This document shows positions 1 to 10,060 of a stretch of DNA of 64,000 bases, piece after piece. The notes under the pieces were generated by a model. It made no database searches, had not been told where the DNA came from, and worked only from the letters and a program-made list of their open reading frames with translations. The stretch's first letter is position 1, and each line of letters begins with the position of its first letter. Position numbers and translations under genes: made by a program. This stretch comes from Promethearchaeota archaeon (GTDB lineage Archaea; Asgardarchaeota; Lokiarchaeia; Sigyniarchaeales; SOKP01): positions 32,001 to 96,000 of the forward strand of contig JAHLWS010000038.1 of the NCBI GenBank assembly GCA_019057795.1, written 5' to 3'.

Positions 1-249
1 TTTTTGTATTGTTTTAGGATGGTTAAACCCGTAAATGAAATAACGAAAGAAGAAGGTTCATCATATAAATATAAGAATTAATTAAATATGAAATAGAGAT
101 GTGCAAAATATTCTAAAAAGATACAAGCGATTGATTAGTATACAATGTGGGCACATACAAACATTAATCCGAATTGATCTAAGAAAACATATAAAATGCT
201 CAACATTGCAGAACGCTTTAAAACTGCAAAAATTGTTCAATTAAGATTT

Positions 250-1362
250 TTAATATGAATTTAAATCCCGAGATAAGTATCTTTCTTCTAATTTATTCGC
301 TAATTTTGAACTTAAAATGCTTATTAACACTTTTAAAGAGGCATTTTTTCCCCATTTTTTATAAATTCCTTTGAGTAAGAGCGTCAAGAAAATAAATACT
401 CCTACGATGGCTATCCAGACACTTAAAACGTTTAATTGTCGAAAAAATATAAAATACAATGGATTATGCGCCAAATAAATAGTAAAAGAGTAAAAAGAGA
501 AATAATAGAAAAATCTATAACTTTTTTTTGTTTTAACAACTTCGAATTCTTCAATATATAAAAGTATTGAAAGCAAAACTAGAACTGTACCTATTGAATA
601 TAACATCGAAGAGAACGTTCCATGGTATAAAAAATCAGGAAAGAAAAAAATTGCACCAAATATCATTAAGATTATTCCAATTAACAATGAAAATTTTATA
701 AATTCATATTTTATCGCATGTTTCCTTTCCTCTTGATCGCTAATTTTGTTAATCTCAAAAAAAACATCTCCTACTACAGTTCCTATAAGAAATACAGAAA
801 AAAAAGACAAGATAATATATTGATCTAAAGGATGGAATAAAATATGATAAAATACCCCATACATATTAGGTTGACCCATATATGAGGTTAATAATATTAA
901 GATACATTGATCAGCAACTAATAAAACAATTCCAAGAACAATCCTAAATGTTTTTGAAGTTTTAAGTAGAGGCCACATCAGAAGAAGAGAGACAGCAATC
1001 GTTTGTAAAACATTCCAAGACCAAATCCAAGTAAGATCATTTATCGTAAAAGCTATTAAAGTATTATAAATTAAAGCTATTATTAATATTAATAAAGCTC
1101 TAATAATGTATTCATTTTTAATTTTACGCATAGTGAATTCATTTGAATTTTCAGCTTTTATAACCCTACTTTTATATGATAATGTAGTGCTGAATCCTGA
1201 AATAAACAAAAATCCCGAAGCTGCTAATGGTGCTAAAAGTTCAAAAAGTATTACTTGCAACCATTTATCTTCATATTTTAACCACCAATCGAGCAGATGT
1301 CCCAGAATCATCAGGAAAATACAAAATCCGCGAATAGCATCAATATTTTTAATTCTCTTCAT
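250..1362 (-). CDS. HGSNAT/DUF1624-like membrane acyltransferase
   Basis: N-terminal RIKNIDAIRGFCIFLMILGH motif, FLFISG, about 10 TM segments. Confidence 0.75.
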   Translation of the reverse strand: MKRIKNIDAIRGFCIFLMILGHLLDWWLKYEDKWLQVILFELLAPLAASGFLFISGFSTTLSYKSRVIKAENSNEFTMRKIKNEYIIRALLILIIALIYNTLIAFTINDLTWIWSWNVLQTIAVSLLLMWPLLKTSKTFRIVLGIVLLVADQCILILLTSYMGQPNMYGVFYHILFHPLDQYIILSFFSVFLIGTVVGDVFFEINKISDQEERKHAIKYEFIKFSLLIGIILMIFGAIFFFPDFLYHGTFSSMLYSIGTVLVLLSILLYIEEFEVVKTKKSYRFFYYFSFYSFTIYLAHNPLYFIFFRQLNVLSVWIAIVGVFIFLTLLLKGIYKKWGKNASLKVLISILSSKLANKLEERYLSRDLNSY

Positions 1363-1595
1363 AATTTATGAAGAACATAATTTTTTTATGAAAATGATTA
1401 AAGTTATACTATTTTTTCCTATTTAATAATTTTTATTAAATAACTTTCTTTCTTCTTTTTTCTATTATCTTTACTAAACTGGAGCTTAATTTTCTTAATT
1501 AAATTTTAAATATTTTAATCAGATTTAAATCGTTAGACACTCTTATTTTTAATAAATATAGATAAATGGATAATTGAAAAACATAAAATACTCAA

Positions 1596-2852
1596 ATGAT
1601 TAACTCTAATAACAGTAAAAGATTTTACGCTAAACCGATTTTCGTGAATTCTGTATTATTAGTTGTAAATTTAGGTCTATTTATTTTTAAGTTAATTTTT
1701 GCTGATTTAAGCGGTAGTTTGGCGCTTCGAGCGGATGCTTTTGATAATCTTACAGATATAATTATGGTATTTGCTGCTTTAGTTGGAATCATTTACGCAA
1801 AAAGAAAACCAAATGAACAATTTCCTTATGGATATTACAAAATAGAAAATATAATCAGCTTAATTATAGCACTAGTCATATTTTTTACAGCGTATAATAT
1901 AATTATTATTTCGTTCTCCGAAATTTACGCACACTTCGTTGGACTTCCAAAACAAATAATAATTTCTCCCGTAATTTTTATTTTCTTAATCATTTCATTA
2001 ATTATTTCGTTCTCAACAACCTTATATTTAAGTGTAATAGGAAAACAAACAAACTCACCTATAATTCAATCTCAAGCAAGCGAAAAATTCTACGATAACC
2101 TTATCTCGTCTTCAGTGATAATTGGTTTTATAGGTGCCTTATTCGGCGTGAATTTTTTAGATTCAATAATTAGTCTGATTATTGCTTTACTAATTATTAA
2201 AGGAGGATACGATATTTTCTTGACTTCTACTAAAATATTATTAGACGCTATAATCGATTTTGACCAAAGAAACGAACTTCATAATTTGATTAAAAACTTT
2301 CCAAATGTTAAAGAAATTGAATACCTTGAAATTAGATCATACGGGCGATATATTTTTCTGGAAGTTGTAGTAATTTTAAATAAAGAACTTAATTTGCATC
2401 AAATTCAGTCGTTGGAAAATGCGATGTCAGATAAAATCCAAGCGGAATTCCCTCAAATCTTTAGAATCATTATTATTTCTCAAACTCTACCAAAAGAAGT
2501 TATAAAGATCGCCGTGCCTTTAGCGAACAACGAAGGTTTAAGTTCTAAAATCTCCGAGCACTTTGGAGAAACGCCTTTCTTTGCTATCTTGGAAATGCAA
2601 GAAGAAAAAAACTTACTTGAATTAAAGAACTATAACATTCTACCAAACAAGTTTGCAAACGAAGAAAAAAGAAAAGGTATACTAATTTCTGAATGGCTAC
2701 CTTTAGAAAAAATAGATAAGCTTTATTTAAAAAATAAGTTGAAAAAGGGTCCACATTTACTCTTGGAAAATGGCTTTGTCCAAATGATTGTAACAGAATT
2801 AGGTAGCATAAAAGAAATTTTGGAACAAGAAAGACATATTCAATCCTCTTAA
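1596..2852 (+). CDS. Cation diffusion facilitator transporter with C-terminal NifB/NifX-like domain
   Basis: GSLALRADAFDNLTD, FPYGYYKIEN, dimerisation domain, then KIAVP...ISEHFGETPFF. Confidence 0.85.
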   Translation: MINSNNSKRFYAKPIFVNSVLLVVNLGLFIFKLIFADLSGSLALRADAFDNLTDIIMVFAALVGIIYAKRKPNEQFPYGYYKIENIISLIIALVIFFTAYNIIIISFSEIYAHFVGLPKQIIISPVIFIFLIISLIISFSTTLYLSVIGKQTNSPIIQSQASEKFYDNLISSSVIIGFIGALFGVNFLDSIISLIIALLIIKGGYDIFLTSTKILLDAIIDFDQRNELHNLIKNFPNVKEIEYLEIRSYGRYIFLEVVVILNKELNLHQIQSLENAMSDKIQAEFPQIFRIIIISQTLPKEVIKIAVPLANNEGLSSKISEHFGETPFFAILEMQEEKNLLELKNYNILPNKFANEEKRKGILISEWLPLEKIDKLYLKNKLKKGPHLLLENGFVQMIVTELGSIKEILEQERHIQSS

Positions 2853-2900
2853 TAAAAGATATTTACCTAATTGTATTTTATTATTTAATCAAACTTTTGA

Positions 2901-3737
2901 TTGGTTATTATGGAACTAAGTATCGATCTATTGAAGCAAATTGCTGTAAATGTATATGATGCTATACATCCTATCTTAGGCACTAAAAAGGCGGCAGAAA
3001 AATCTCAGAGGGGCGCAGGTGGAGATGTTTCAATGCAAATAGACCTGATTGCGGAAAATATCGTTATTGACACTTTAGAAAATGGGAATGTAAATATATT
3101 GTTAATTAGCGAAGAATTGGGCGAACGATATATAGGAAATAAAGAAAAAGCAATTAAAAGCCAAAATGTTTTAATTATCGATCCTGTTGACGGTTCTAAT
3201 AACGCAGTAAGAGGAATCCCATACTGTTCAATATCAATAGCCTATGCTATAGGAAGAACGATTAATGACATAAAGAAAGCAGTGATTCTTGATTTAAACA
3301 CGAAAGATATTTATTGGGCTATTAAAGGCGAGGGTGCTTACTTAAATAATAATGAAATTCATGTTTCTGATTTAGACATTAGTGATAGTTGCTTTTTTGA
3401 GTTAAATCTTCCCATGAAAAACTTTTTTAAACACATAGATAATTTAAAACCAATTTTTAAAAGATTTTATCGTATCCGAATATTAGGGAGTAGTGCTTTA
3501 ACGTTGTGCCAACTTGCGAAAGGTAGCATGGAAGCATTTGTTAACTTAAGAGAAACAAATCGATTAGTTGATGTCGCAGCGGGATTTCTAATCCTAAAAG
3601 AAGCTGGAGGAGAAGCTTTTTCACTTAATGGTAGTAAAATTGAAGGAGATTTATCTATTTATTTGAAATTCCCTTTCATAGCTTCAAATAAAAAGTTAGT
3701 TTCATTCTTGAAAAAAGGATTAAGTTCCAATTATTAA
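2901..3737 (+). CDS. suhB: Inositol monophosphatase / FBPase family
   Basis: ISEE, IIDPVDGS, RILGSSAL and DVAAG motifs; start may be ATG 2910. Confidence 0.9.
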   Translation: MVIMELSIDLLKQIAVNVYDAIHPILGTKKAAEKSQRGAGGDVSMQIDLIAENIVIDTLENGNVNILLISEELGERYIGNKEKAIKSQNVLIIDPVDGSNNAVRGIPYCSISIAYAIGRTINDIKKAVILDLNTKDIYWAIKGEGAYLNNNEIHVSDLDISDSCFFELNLPMKNFFKHIDNLKPIFKRFYRIRILGSSALTLCQLAKGSMEAFVNLRETNRLVDVAAGFLILKEAGGEAFSLNGSKIEGDLSIYLKFPFIASNKKLVSFLKKGLSSNY

Positions 3738-3754
3738 TAGCTTATTTAGATGTA

Positions 3755-4834
3755 TTAATCAGGAATATTTATAGGATAAGTCCCGTATTTTCTCTTAATA
3801 TTTTGCATAGCTTCAAATCGGTCAACTGTAACTGCTGGGTTTATGCTATGTCCTGAACTAAAGATATATCCACCGCCTGGTGCTAATTCCCGTATTAATT
3901 TTTTGGCATAATCTTCAATTTCAGAAATCTCTCCCATTGCTAGCAAGATAGGACTTAAATTGCCAACAAAGGTAATCTTATCGCCATATTTTTCGTTTAA
4001 TTTAAATATATCATAATCTGGGTTAGCTGTAGTAGATTCGATGGGATTGAGCGCATCAACTCCGCATTTTATAATGTCCTCAAAAATCTCCATTAAATCT
4101 CCATCTGAGTGTAGTAATATTTTACAATCAAGCTTATGAGCAGCATCGCATATCTGTTTTATCCATGGGAATATATATTTACGGTATAAACGGGGGCTCA
4201 TGAATAAACCGTTCTTAAATCCGTAATCGTCCCAAAGTAACACAATTTGTGCATCGTTTTCAGCCAAGATTTTTACTACCTCGAGCGTAAACGAGCCTCG
4301 GTCGTCGAATATTCTTTTGATTTGCTTATCGCGCCCCAGTATTCTTGAAAAGGTTTCAATTCCAAAACCCTCCCAAGTACATTCCATAAGTGATCCTGTA
4401 GCCGGAATAGAAAAAACTACATCGTTCATTTCTTTTTGAATTTTTCTTCCGCTAAGAAAGTGAGCTAAACGCATTTTTAAGTTCGGATCTGGCTGTTCCC
4501 AGCTTTCGTAGTCCTCAAACGACTCAAAGTGCCCTCCGTGATAAGCTAAGATCATAGTTTTGTCTTCAGCATATTCGTATTTCATTACTCTACCATATTC
4601 ATCGATATATCCTCCCCTAAACATTTTTCGGGGAAATAAACTTACATAACTAAGGACTAAATCTATACCAGCTTTATAGGAAAATTCATAGGAACCTTTG
4701 TAACCACCAGATTTTCTTGGATCAATTCCATAATATTTTATGATTGTGTTATTTGTAAACGCACTTTCAAAAGCGGGAACCCTATCTGGTTCTTCGTGCT
4801 CAATCGTTTTTAAAATTCTTTCTGGAGCGTTCAT
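3755..4834 (-). CDS. Uroporphyrinogen decarboxylase / MtaA-CmuA family protein
   Basis: EPDRVP, DDYG, LHSDG, GVDALNPIE, GGGYIFSSGHS. Confidence 0.85.
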   Translation of the reverse strand: MNAPERILKTIEHEEPDRVPAFESAFTNNTIIKYYGIDPRKSGGYKGSYEFSYKAGIDLVLSYVSLFPRKMFRGGYIDEYGRVMKYEYAEDKTMILAYHGGHFESFEDYESWEQPDPNLKMRLAHFLSGRKIQKEMNDVVFSIPATGSLMECTWEGFGIETFSRILGRDKQIKRIFDDRGSFTLEVVKILAENDAQIVLLWDDYGFKNGLFMSPRLYRKYIFPWIKQICDAAHKLDCKILLHSDGDLMEIFEDIIKCGVDALNPIESTTANPDYDIFKLNEKYGDKITFVGNLSPILLAMGEISEIEDYAKKLIRELAPGGGYIFSSGHSINPAVTVDRFEAMQNIKRKYGTYPINIPD

Positions 4835-4939
4835 TTTATCTTAAGTTAATACTATTTTATTAAAATCTTTTATTAATTATTCATAATCTTTAAAATATAT
4901 AAAAGTTTAATTTTACAAATTTGTAGAGCTGATTCCGAT

Positions 4940-5539
4940 TTGAACGAGTTAAGAAGGTTAACAAGGGAATTTTTTTCGAGAGAAACGGTGTTAGTGGGCA
5001 AGGACCTCTTAGGAAAATATCTCGTTAGAAAAACAGCAAAAGGAAGAATGATTGGAAAGGTAGTTGAGGTAGAAGCCTATTTAGGTCCAAAGGATAAAGC
5101 GTGTCACTGCTATAATTATAAAAAAACTGAGAAAACAAAAATAATGTATATGAAACCCGGTACTCTTTACGTTTATTATATCTATGGCACATATTTCTGC
5201 CTTAATGTTATCACTGAACCAGAGGGGTTTCCGTGTTCTATATTCATAAGAAATTTATATCCAATTGATGGGATTGAATTAATGAAAGATAATCGGAACG
5301 TCAAAGTTGGCAAGAATTATAAAAATTTAGCGGATGGTCCAAGCAAGCTTTGTATGGCTATGAAAATAACTAAGGAGAAGTTTAATAGCAAAGATTCTTG
5401 CGCTGAAAACTCAGTACTCTTTTTCACCGAAGGAGAGAAGATCGATGATAAACAAATTTTATTAAGAAAAAGAATTGGAATTGATTATGCTGAAGAAGAT
5501 AAAGATAGACTTTTGCGTTTTATTTTGAATGAGGATTAA
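4940..5539 (+). CDS. mpg: DNA-3-methyladenine glycosylase (MPG/AAG family)
   Basis: DLLGK, VEVEAYLG, PGTLYVYYIYG, GPSKLC, RIGI. Confidence 0.92.
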   Translation: MNELRRLTREFFSRETVLVGKDLLGKYLVRKTAKGRMIGKVVEVEAYLGPKDKACHCYNYKKTEKTKIMYMKPGTLYVYYIYGTYFCLNVITEPEGFPCSIFIRNLYPIDGIELMKDNRNVKVGKNYKNLADGPSKLCMAMKITKEKFNSKDSCAENSVLFFTEGEKIDDKQILLRKRIGIDYAEEDKDRLLRFILNED

Positions 5540-5657
5540 TAGTTACAAACATGCTTAAATTTATATACGATTTATTTGACTTTTTATCTAGAGTTAAGGA
5601 TTGTTTGACCACAATTTTAGTAAAAAATTAGGAAAAGTCAATTAGGGGTTGATTTAA

Positions 5658-6101
5658 ATGGTAAAAGATGCTTTAAAATTTTTTCACGCATATGTAAACG
5701 AGATGATTGAAGTTGGCGGAGAAAACCTCCCACGGGCCGTTAGCACAAAATTGGGAGCAAAATTAGCCGCTTTATACAAAGAAAAAGGTATTAACGATTT
5801 AACAACTGCTTTAGAAACTTCTTATAAAGCGTTAGGTGCCTCAACTTCAATTAAAAAAATAGATGAGAACACATATTTTATTCAATTAAAACATTCTAAG
5901 AAATTTTGTCCAATTGGCGGAAAAAGGAACCCAACAAACGCAAAAACTATTCAAGAAAGCATATGTTCTCCTTATACGAGGAGTTTTTTGACGAGTCTAT
6001 TTCCTGAGTTTCAATTTGAGACTGAAATTAAGGAGTGTATTGTTGATAATAGTAATTCTCACTGTAAATATAAGCTGAAAGTAAAGAAGAAATCGTATTA
6101 A
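5658..6101 (+). CDS. V4R / methanogen-output-domain-like protein
   Basis: 147 aa; Cys pattern FCPIGG...ICSPYTRSFL...ECI...HCKY. Confidence 0.55.
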   Translation: MVKDALKFFHAYVNEMIEVGGENLPRAVSTKLGAKLAALYKEKGINDLTTALETSYKALGASTSIKKIDENTYFIQLKHSKKFCPIGGKRNPTNAKTIQESICSPYTRSFLTSLFPEFQFETEIKECIVDNSNSHCKYKLKVKKKSY

Positions 6102-6136
6102 TCTTAGGAAATGGTTTTTAGGAAGGAATAGAATAA

Positions 6137-6441
6137 AAGACCTGAATCTCGATTCCAATCTTACTATTATGACCAGATAATATGCTCCTCCACGACCTTA
6201 CCATAAAGCGTGAACGCCTAAACTTACGATTGCTCCATCCCTGGCCTGATCGGGTTTGTTATTACGAGCTCAAGCCTTTCCTACAAAAGGCACTACTCTG
6301 GTACCCACCATCATGGGGATCGCTTCGTTGGGACATAAAATTGGATAATAATTCTCATGAAACCTGAATCCAGGCAATTTCCGCTAATGAGGACTTTGCG
6401 GTCCATCCAGCAAAGGGACTTCAGAGCACCCCAAACGCTCC
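6137..6441 (-). ncRNA. ffs: Archaeal SRP (7S) RNA
   Basis: GC-enriched segment of about 305 nt. Minus strand has the helix-8 SRP54 motif CAGG-CCA-GGGA-UGG-AGCA, a helix-6 hairpin GCCUUU-UGUAG-GAAAGGC, 5' Alu-type hairpins, and GCCUGGAUU pairing with 3' GAUUCAGGU followed by a U tract. Ends are approximate. Confidence 0.9.
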
Positions 6442-6493
6442 ATAAAAATATAATGAAGGGAAAAATAAAAATTTATTGATTGATTTATCTTTC

Positions 6494-6688
6494 TTAGGTT
6501 AACTCTTTATTTATCTTTCTCCTTAATATCGATAAAAATTCGCTTGTATCAGGAAAAACGTAAGTTATATTGCTACCATCGTCGTCAACAGTTACTTCTT
6601 TGAAAAATTTTCCTTCTACTTTAACTTTCATGTCATTCAATATCATAAGTAAAATATATTGAAAAGGATTCAAAAAATCACATAACAT
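6494..6688 (-). CDS. Small hypothetical protein or gene remnant
   Basis: 64-aa ORF only; no recognised motif. Confidence 0.3.
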   Translation of the reverse strand: MLCDFLNPFQYILLMILNDMKVKVEGKFFKEVTVDDDGSNITYVFPDTSEFLSILRRKINKELT

Positions 6689-6705
6689 GGAAATAATATT
6701 TTATC

Positions 6706-6735
6706 AAACTTTTTGTAAAATCGAAAATAAGATAG
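6706..6735 (+). repeat. 30-bp direct repeat, copy 1 (partner 8706-8735)
   Basis: aaactttttgtaaaatcgaaaataagatag vs aaactttatgtaaaaccaaaaataagctag, 26/30 identical. Confidence 0.7.
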
Positions 6736-6754
6736 CTTAGATTTAGTTAAGTAA

Positions 6755-7612
6755 GTGTTAATAAAAGTTTTTAAAAAACTATTGATGATTAATATGTCTG
6801 GGAACATATTTATAGCTATATTCATAGTTTGTGTCATCACATTTGGCATTGCTATGGTAGTGGTTTATATAACTAAGTACAAAAGACTTCCCATCGATGT
6901 TTGGAAACCAGGTGCAGCTTGGATTCGAGCATTAATCTATTTTTCTTTTTGCAATATTGTTACGGCTGTTTCTGGCACGCTCGAACAGATACTAAACCAG
7001 CCCATATTCACTACGGCGCAAATTTCAAACCCCTTTTGGATAGCCTACTTTTCTTTCTGTGTTATCTATGTTTTCATTGCATATTGGATTCTATGGTCTC
7101 GCATGACGCTCACTTTCAACCGTAAATACCATCTCGGTTCTGAGATCGTGTTTGGTGTTATTTGGGGTTTCAGCACTGGAGGTCTTCTTCTTTCGTTTTA
7201 TCACCTTTGGAGCCTAACCGGCGTACCAGGTTGGGCTAATTACTTACTTGGTTTCGCATCCATGGGTTTATGGCAATATTTCATTCAAAATTACTTTTGG
7301 GACATCTATGTTAGCCCCGAGCACGACACTCCAAGGTCGATTATCGTCAAAACTGCCGTTTGTCACATACCCAATGTGGCTATTTGTTTGGGTTTTCTCA
7401 CTATTTGGAACAACTATGCCATATACATAGCGATTCAAACGTTTGCTTTGCTCGCATCGACCATTTTTCAAAAGTTCCCCGCTCCTTGGGCTAAAAGTCA
7501 CTTCCACGCTCCTATGGTCAAACCTGGAATTGGTGGTTATCCACGCGGTACAGGATATATAGGCGAAATCGACAAAACCACTGGTAAACTGGTTGAATCC
7601 AATCCCACTTAG
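6755..7612 (+). CDS. Uncharacterised multi-pass membrane protein
   Basis: About 7 hydrophobic segments; visibly higher GC than flanks; start may be ATG 6794. Confidence 0.7.
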   Translation: MLIKVFKKLLMINMSGNIFIAIFIVCVITFGIAMVVVYITKYKRLPIDVWKPGAAWIRALIYFSFCNIVTAVSGTLEQILNQPIFTTAQISNPFWIAYFSFCVIYVFIAYWILWSRMTLTFNRKYHLGSEIVFGVIWGFSTGGLLLSFYHLWSLTGVPGWANYLLGFASMGLWQYFIQNYFWDIYVSPEHDTPRSIIVKTAVCHIPNVAICLGFLTIWNNYAIYIAIQTFALLASTIFQKFPAPWAKSHFHAPMVKPGIGGYPRGTGYIGEIDKTTGKLVESNPT

Positions 7613-7752
7613 GTTTTCACTTCTCACATCATGGCGTTTATTCTAAACACAGTGACTAATCCTATTATGATAAAATGTCTTTTGTTTAAAGCTAAATTTT
7701 TAGCTTTTTAAGTATGAACTTGACCGGCTCTGTTGCTTTCTTTCATTACTTT

Positions 7753-8637
7753 CTAATTGCCATTCTTGTTGCTATTCGCAACTAATGCGTTTACAATATG
7801 AGGTATGGCTTCACGAGGGAAACTATGCCCCATTCCATCCAAAATCAATAATTCTGCTCCGGGTATTGCTGCTGCGATGTCTTTACCCGCTTCAACATGG
7901 TTAAGTGGATCTTCCCTCCCATGAATAACAAGAGTAGGCGCTCGTATTGCAGCAAGTTTGGGTTTTAGATTACCGGGAACAGCCATTGCCGCTAATTGGC
8001 GAGTTATCCCTTCGGGATAATAACTGCGATCGTACTCTTTAGCTCTATACTCTCTTGATTGATCCTCATCATAGGCAAAAGTGCCGTGAATGAGACGACC
8101 GCGTTTGACCATTTCTTCAATAAAATCCTCGCGTTCGGAAGGAACGGGTGCAAAGAATTGCGCTAAGATTTCTGGCTTCGGTTGCGGTAGGTCGGGGTTT
8201 CCAGTCGTGCTCATGATTAATGTGAGAGATAGCACCCGAGATGGATGTCTATATGCTATAACTTGTGCGATCATTCCACCCATGGAAGCACCGCAGACAT
8301 GTGCTTTATCTATATTCAGAGCATCCAAGACACCAACGGCATCATCAGCCATGTCCTCTAAAGTGTATGATACTTCGGGTATATCTCCACGAGAATAGGC
8401 CGCATTAATCTCCAAAAAGTCCGGCAAACCGGCATCTTCAAATTTTGTTGACAAACCTATATCTCGGTTGTCGAATCTGATGACAAAAAAGCCACGATTT
8501 GCAAGAATTTCGCACATCTCATCCGACCAAGCAAGCATCTGGCTTCCCAATCCCGCTATCAATAACAACGGTTTTGAAATCGGGGCTCCGATAGTTTCAT
8601 ATTCAATCTCTATATTATTTACATTCGCTTTTGGCAT
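7753..8637 (-). CDS. Alpha/beta hydrolase (esterase-like)
   Basis: FDNRDIG, nucleophile elbow GASMGG, HGREDP, GMGH. Confidence 0.9.
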   Translation of the reverse strand: MPKANVNNIEIEYETIGAPISKPLLLIAGLGSQMLAWSDEMCEILANRGFFVIRFDNRDIGLSTKFEDAGLPDFLEINAAYSRGDIPEVSYTLEDMADDAVGVLDALNIDKAHVCGASMGGMIAQVIAYRHPSRVLSLTLIMSTTGNPDLPQPKPEILAQFFAPVPSEREDFIEEMVKRGRLIHGTFAYDEDQSREYRAKEYDRSYYPEGITRQLAAMAVPGNLKPKLAAIRAPTLVIHGREDPLNHVEAGKDIAAAIPGAELLILDGMGHSFPREAIPHIVNALVANSNKNGN

Positions 8638-8705
8638 TGTAGATCTTCCTTAGTTTTATTATTAATCAAATTAAATATGAAATGTGATTAATAATTAAAA
8701 AATAT

Positions 8706-8735
8706 AAACTTTATGTAAAACCAAAAATAAGCTAG
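8706..8735 (+). repeat. 30-bp direct repeat, copy 2
   Basis: Matches 6706-6735, exactly 2000 bp upstream. Confidence 0.7.
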
Positions 8736-8791
8736 AATATAGTTCAATTATCATAAAATAATGAAATATGAGTAAATTTTAATGGATTACT

Positions 8792-9895
8792 ATGTCTGAA
8801 AATATTATATATCTCGACGCAAAAACACTTGAAAGTTTTATGAGAGATGTTTTTATTGGGCTTGGGGTTCCTAAAGACGATGCCCACATTATAGCTGAAG
8901 TATTAATTGCTTCTGATATGAAAGGAATTGATACGCATGGAATACAACGTTGTAAAATGTATTTCGATCGTATCAAAGCTGGAATGTACGAAGTAATTAC
9001 AAAGATTGACATCGTTAAGGATGGTCCAACTACAGCTCTTTGGGACGGAAATTGCGGAATGGGGCACGTTATTGCTTATAAGGCGATGAAAACTGCGATT
9101 GAAAAAGCTAAAAAGTATGGACTTGGTTCTGTTGCTGTTCGAAATTCAACCCACTTTGGAATTGCGGGTTACTATTCTCTCATGGCTACAAAGGAAGGGA
9201 TGATTGGCTTCGCAGTTACTAACGCTCGCCCCTCCATGCCCCCTACTTTTGGAGTTGAACCAATGTTAGGAACAAATCCATTAACTGTAGGCGCTCCAAC
9301 AGACGAAGAATTCCCCTTTTTAATTGACTGTGCCACTACAATCATTCAAAGAGGTAAAGTAGAATTATACAATAGAATAAATAAACCTTTACCGGATGGG
9401 GTGGTAATAACAGACGATGGTAAAACAGAAACTGATCCTGCTAAAATATTAGAGGGTATGAGTAAAGGGAAAGCTGCGTTATTACCCTTAGGTGGCAAAG
9501 GAGAAAGTACTTCAGGTTATAAAGGCTATGGTTACGCAACCTTAGTTGAATTATTATCTGCAGCTTTACAAAATGGAATATATCTTAAAGATACGATAGG
9601 TATCGTTGAAAACGGGCAAAAGCGTTTAAAGGTGGGACATTTCTTTTTAGCAATTAATATTGAAAGCTTCCTATCAATTGGTTCTTTTAAAAAAACAGCC
9701 GGAAATATCATGAAGGGATTGAGAGAGTCAAAAAAGGCTCCAGGCGAGGAAAAGATTTACACTGCGGGAGAGAAGGAATTCATTGCCGAACAAGAAAGAT
9801 TAAAAACGGGCATTCCGATTAACAAAAGTTTACAAGAAGATATCAAAATTATGCGAAAGGAACTTCATCTCGATAAATACGAATTTAATTTTTAA
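8792..9895 (+). CDS. Ldh_2 family (malate/L-lactate/sulfolactate) dehydrogenase, paralog 1
   Basis: GIDTHG, VRNSTHFG, GTNP, GYKGYG, GHFFLAI. Confidence 0.9.
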   Translation: MSENIIYLDAKTLESFMRDVFIGLGVPKDDAHIIAEVLIASDMKGIDTHGIQRCKMYFDRIKAGMYEVITKIDIVKDGPTTALWDGNCGMGHVIAYKAMKTAIEKAKKYGLGSVAVRNSTHFGIAGYYSLMATKEGMIGFAVTNARPSMPPTFGVEPMLGTNPLTVGAPTDEEFPFLIDCATTIIQRGKVELYNRINKPLPDGVVITDDGKTETDPAKILEGMSKGKAALLPLGGKGESTSGYKGYGYATLVELLSAALQNGIYLKDTIGIVENGQKRLKVGHFFLAINIESFLSIGSFKKTAGNIMKGLRESKKAPGEEKIYTAGEKEFIAEQERLKTGIPINKSLQEDIKIMRKELHLDKYEFNF

Positions 9896-10060
9896 AAAAG
9901 TATCCTTTATTTTTCAATAAATTTCTAATTCTTTTTCTATAAAATTATCAAAAAAATCGCTAAAAATTATTAAAATTAGAGTTACACTAACTTTCAACTT
10001 ATATTCAATATGATTTTAATTAAATAGAAGGAATTCTAGTAAAATTCTATTGCATTCAAG

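Noticed and set aside
6182-6367. 61-aa ORF
   Set aside because: Lies antisense to the SRP RNA; artefact of local GC content
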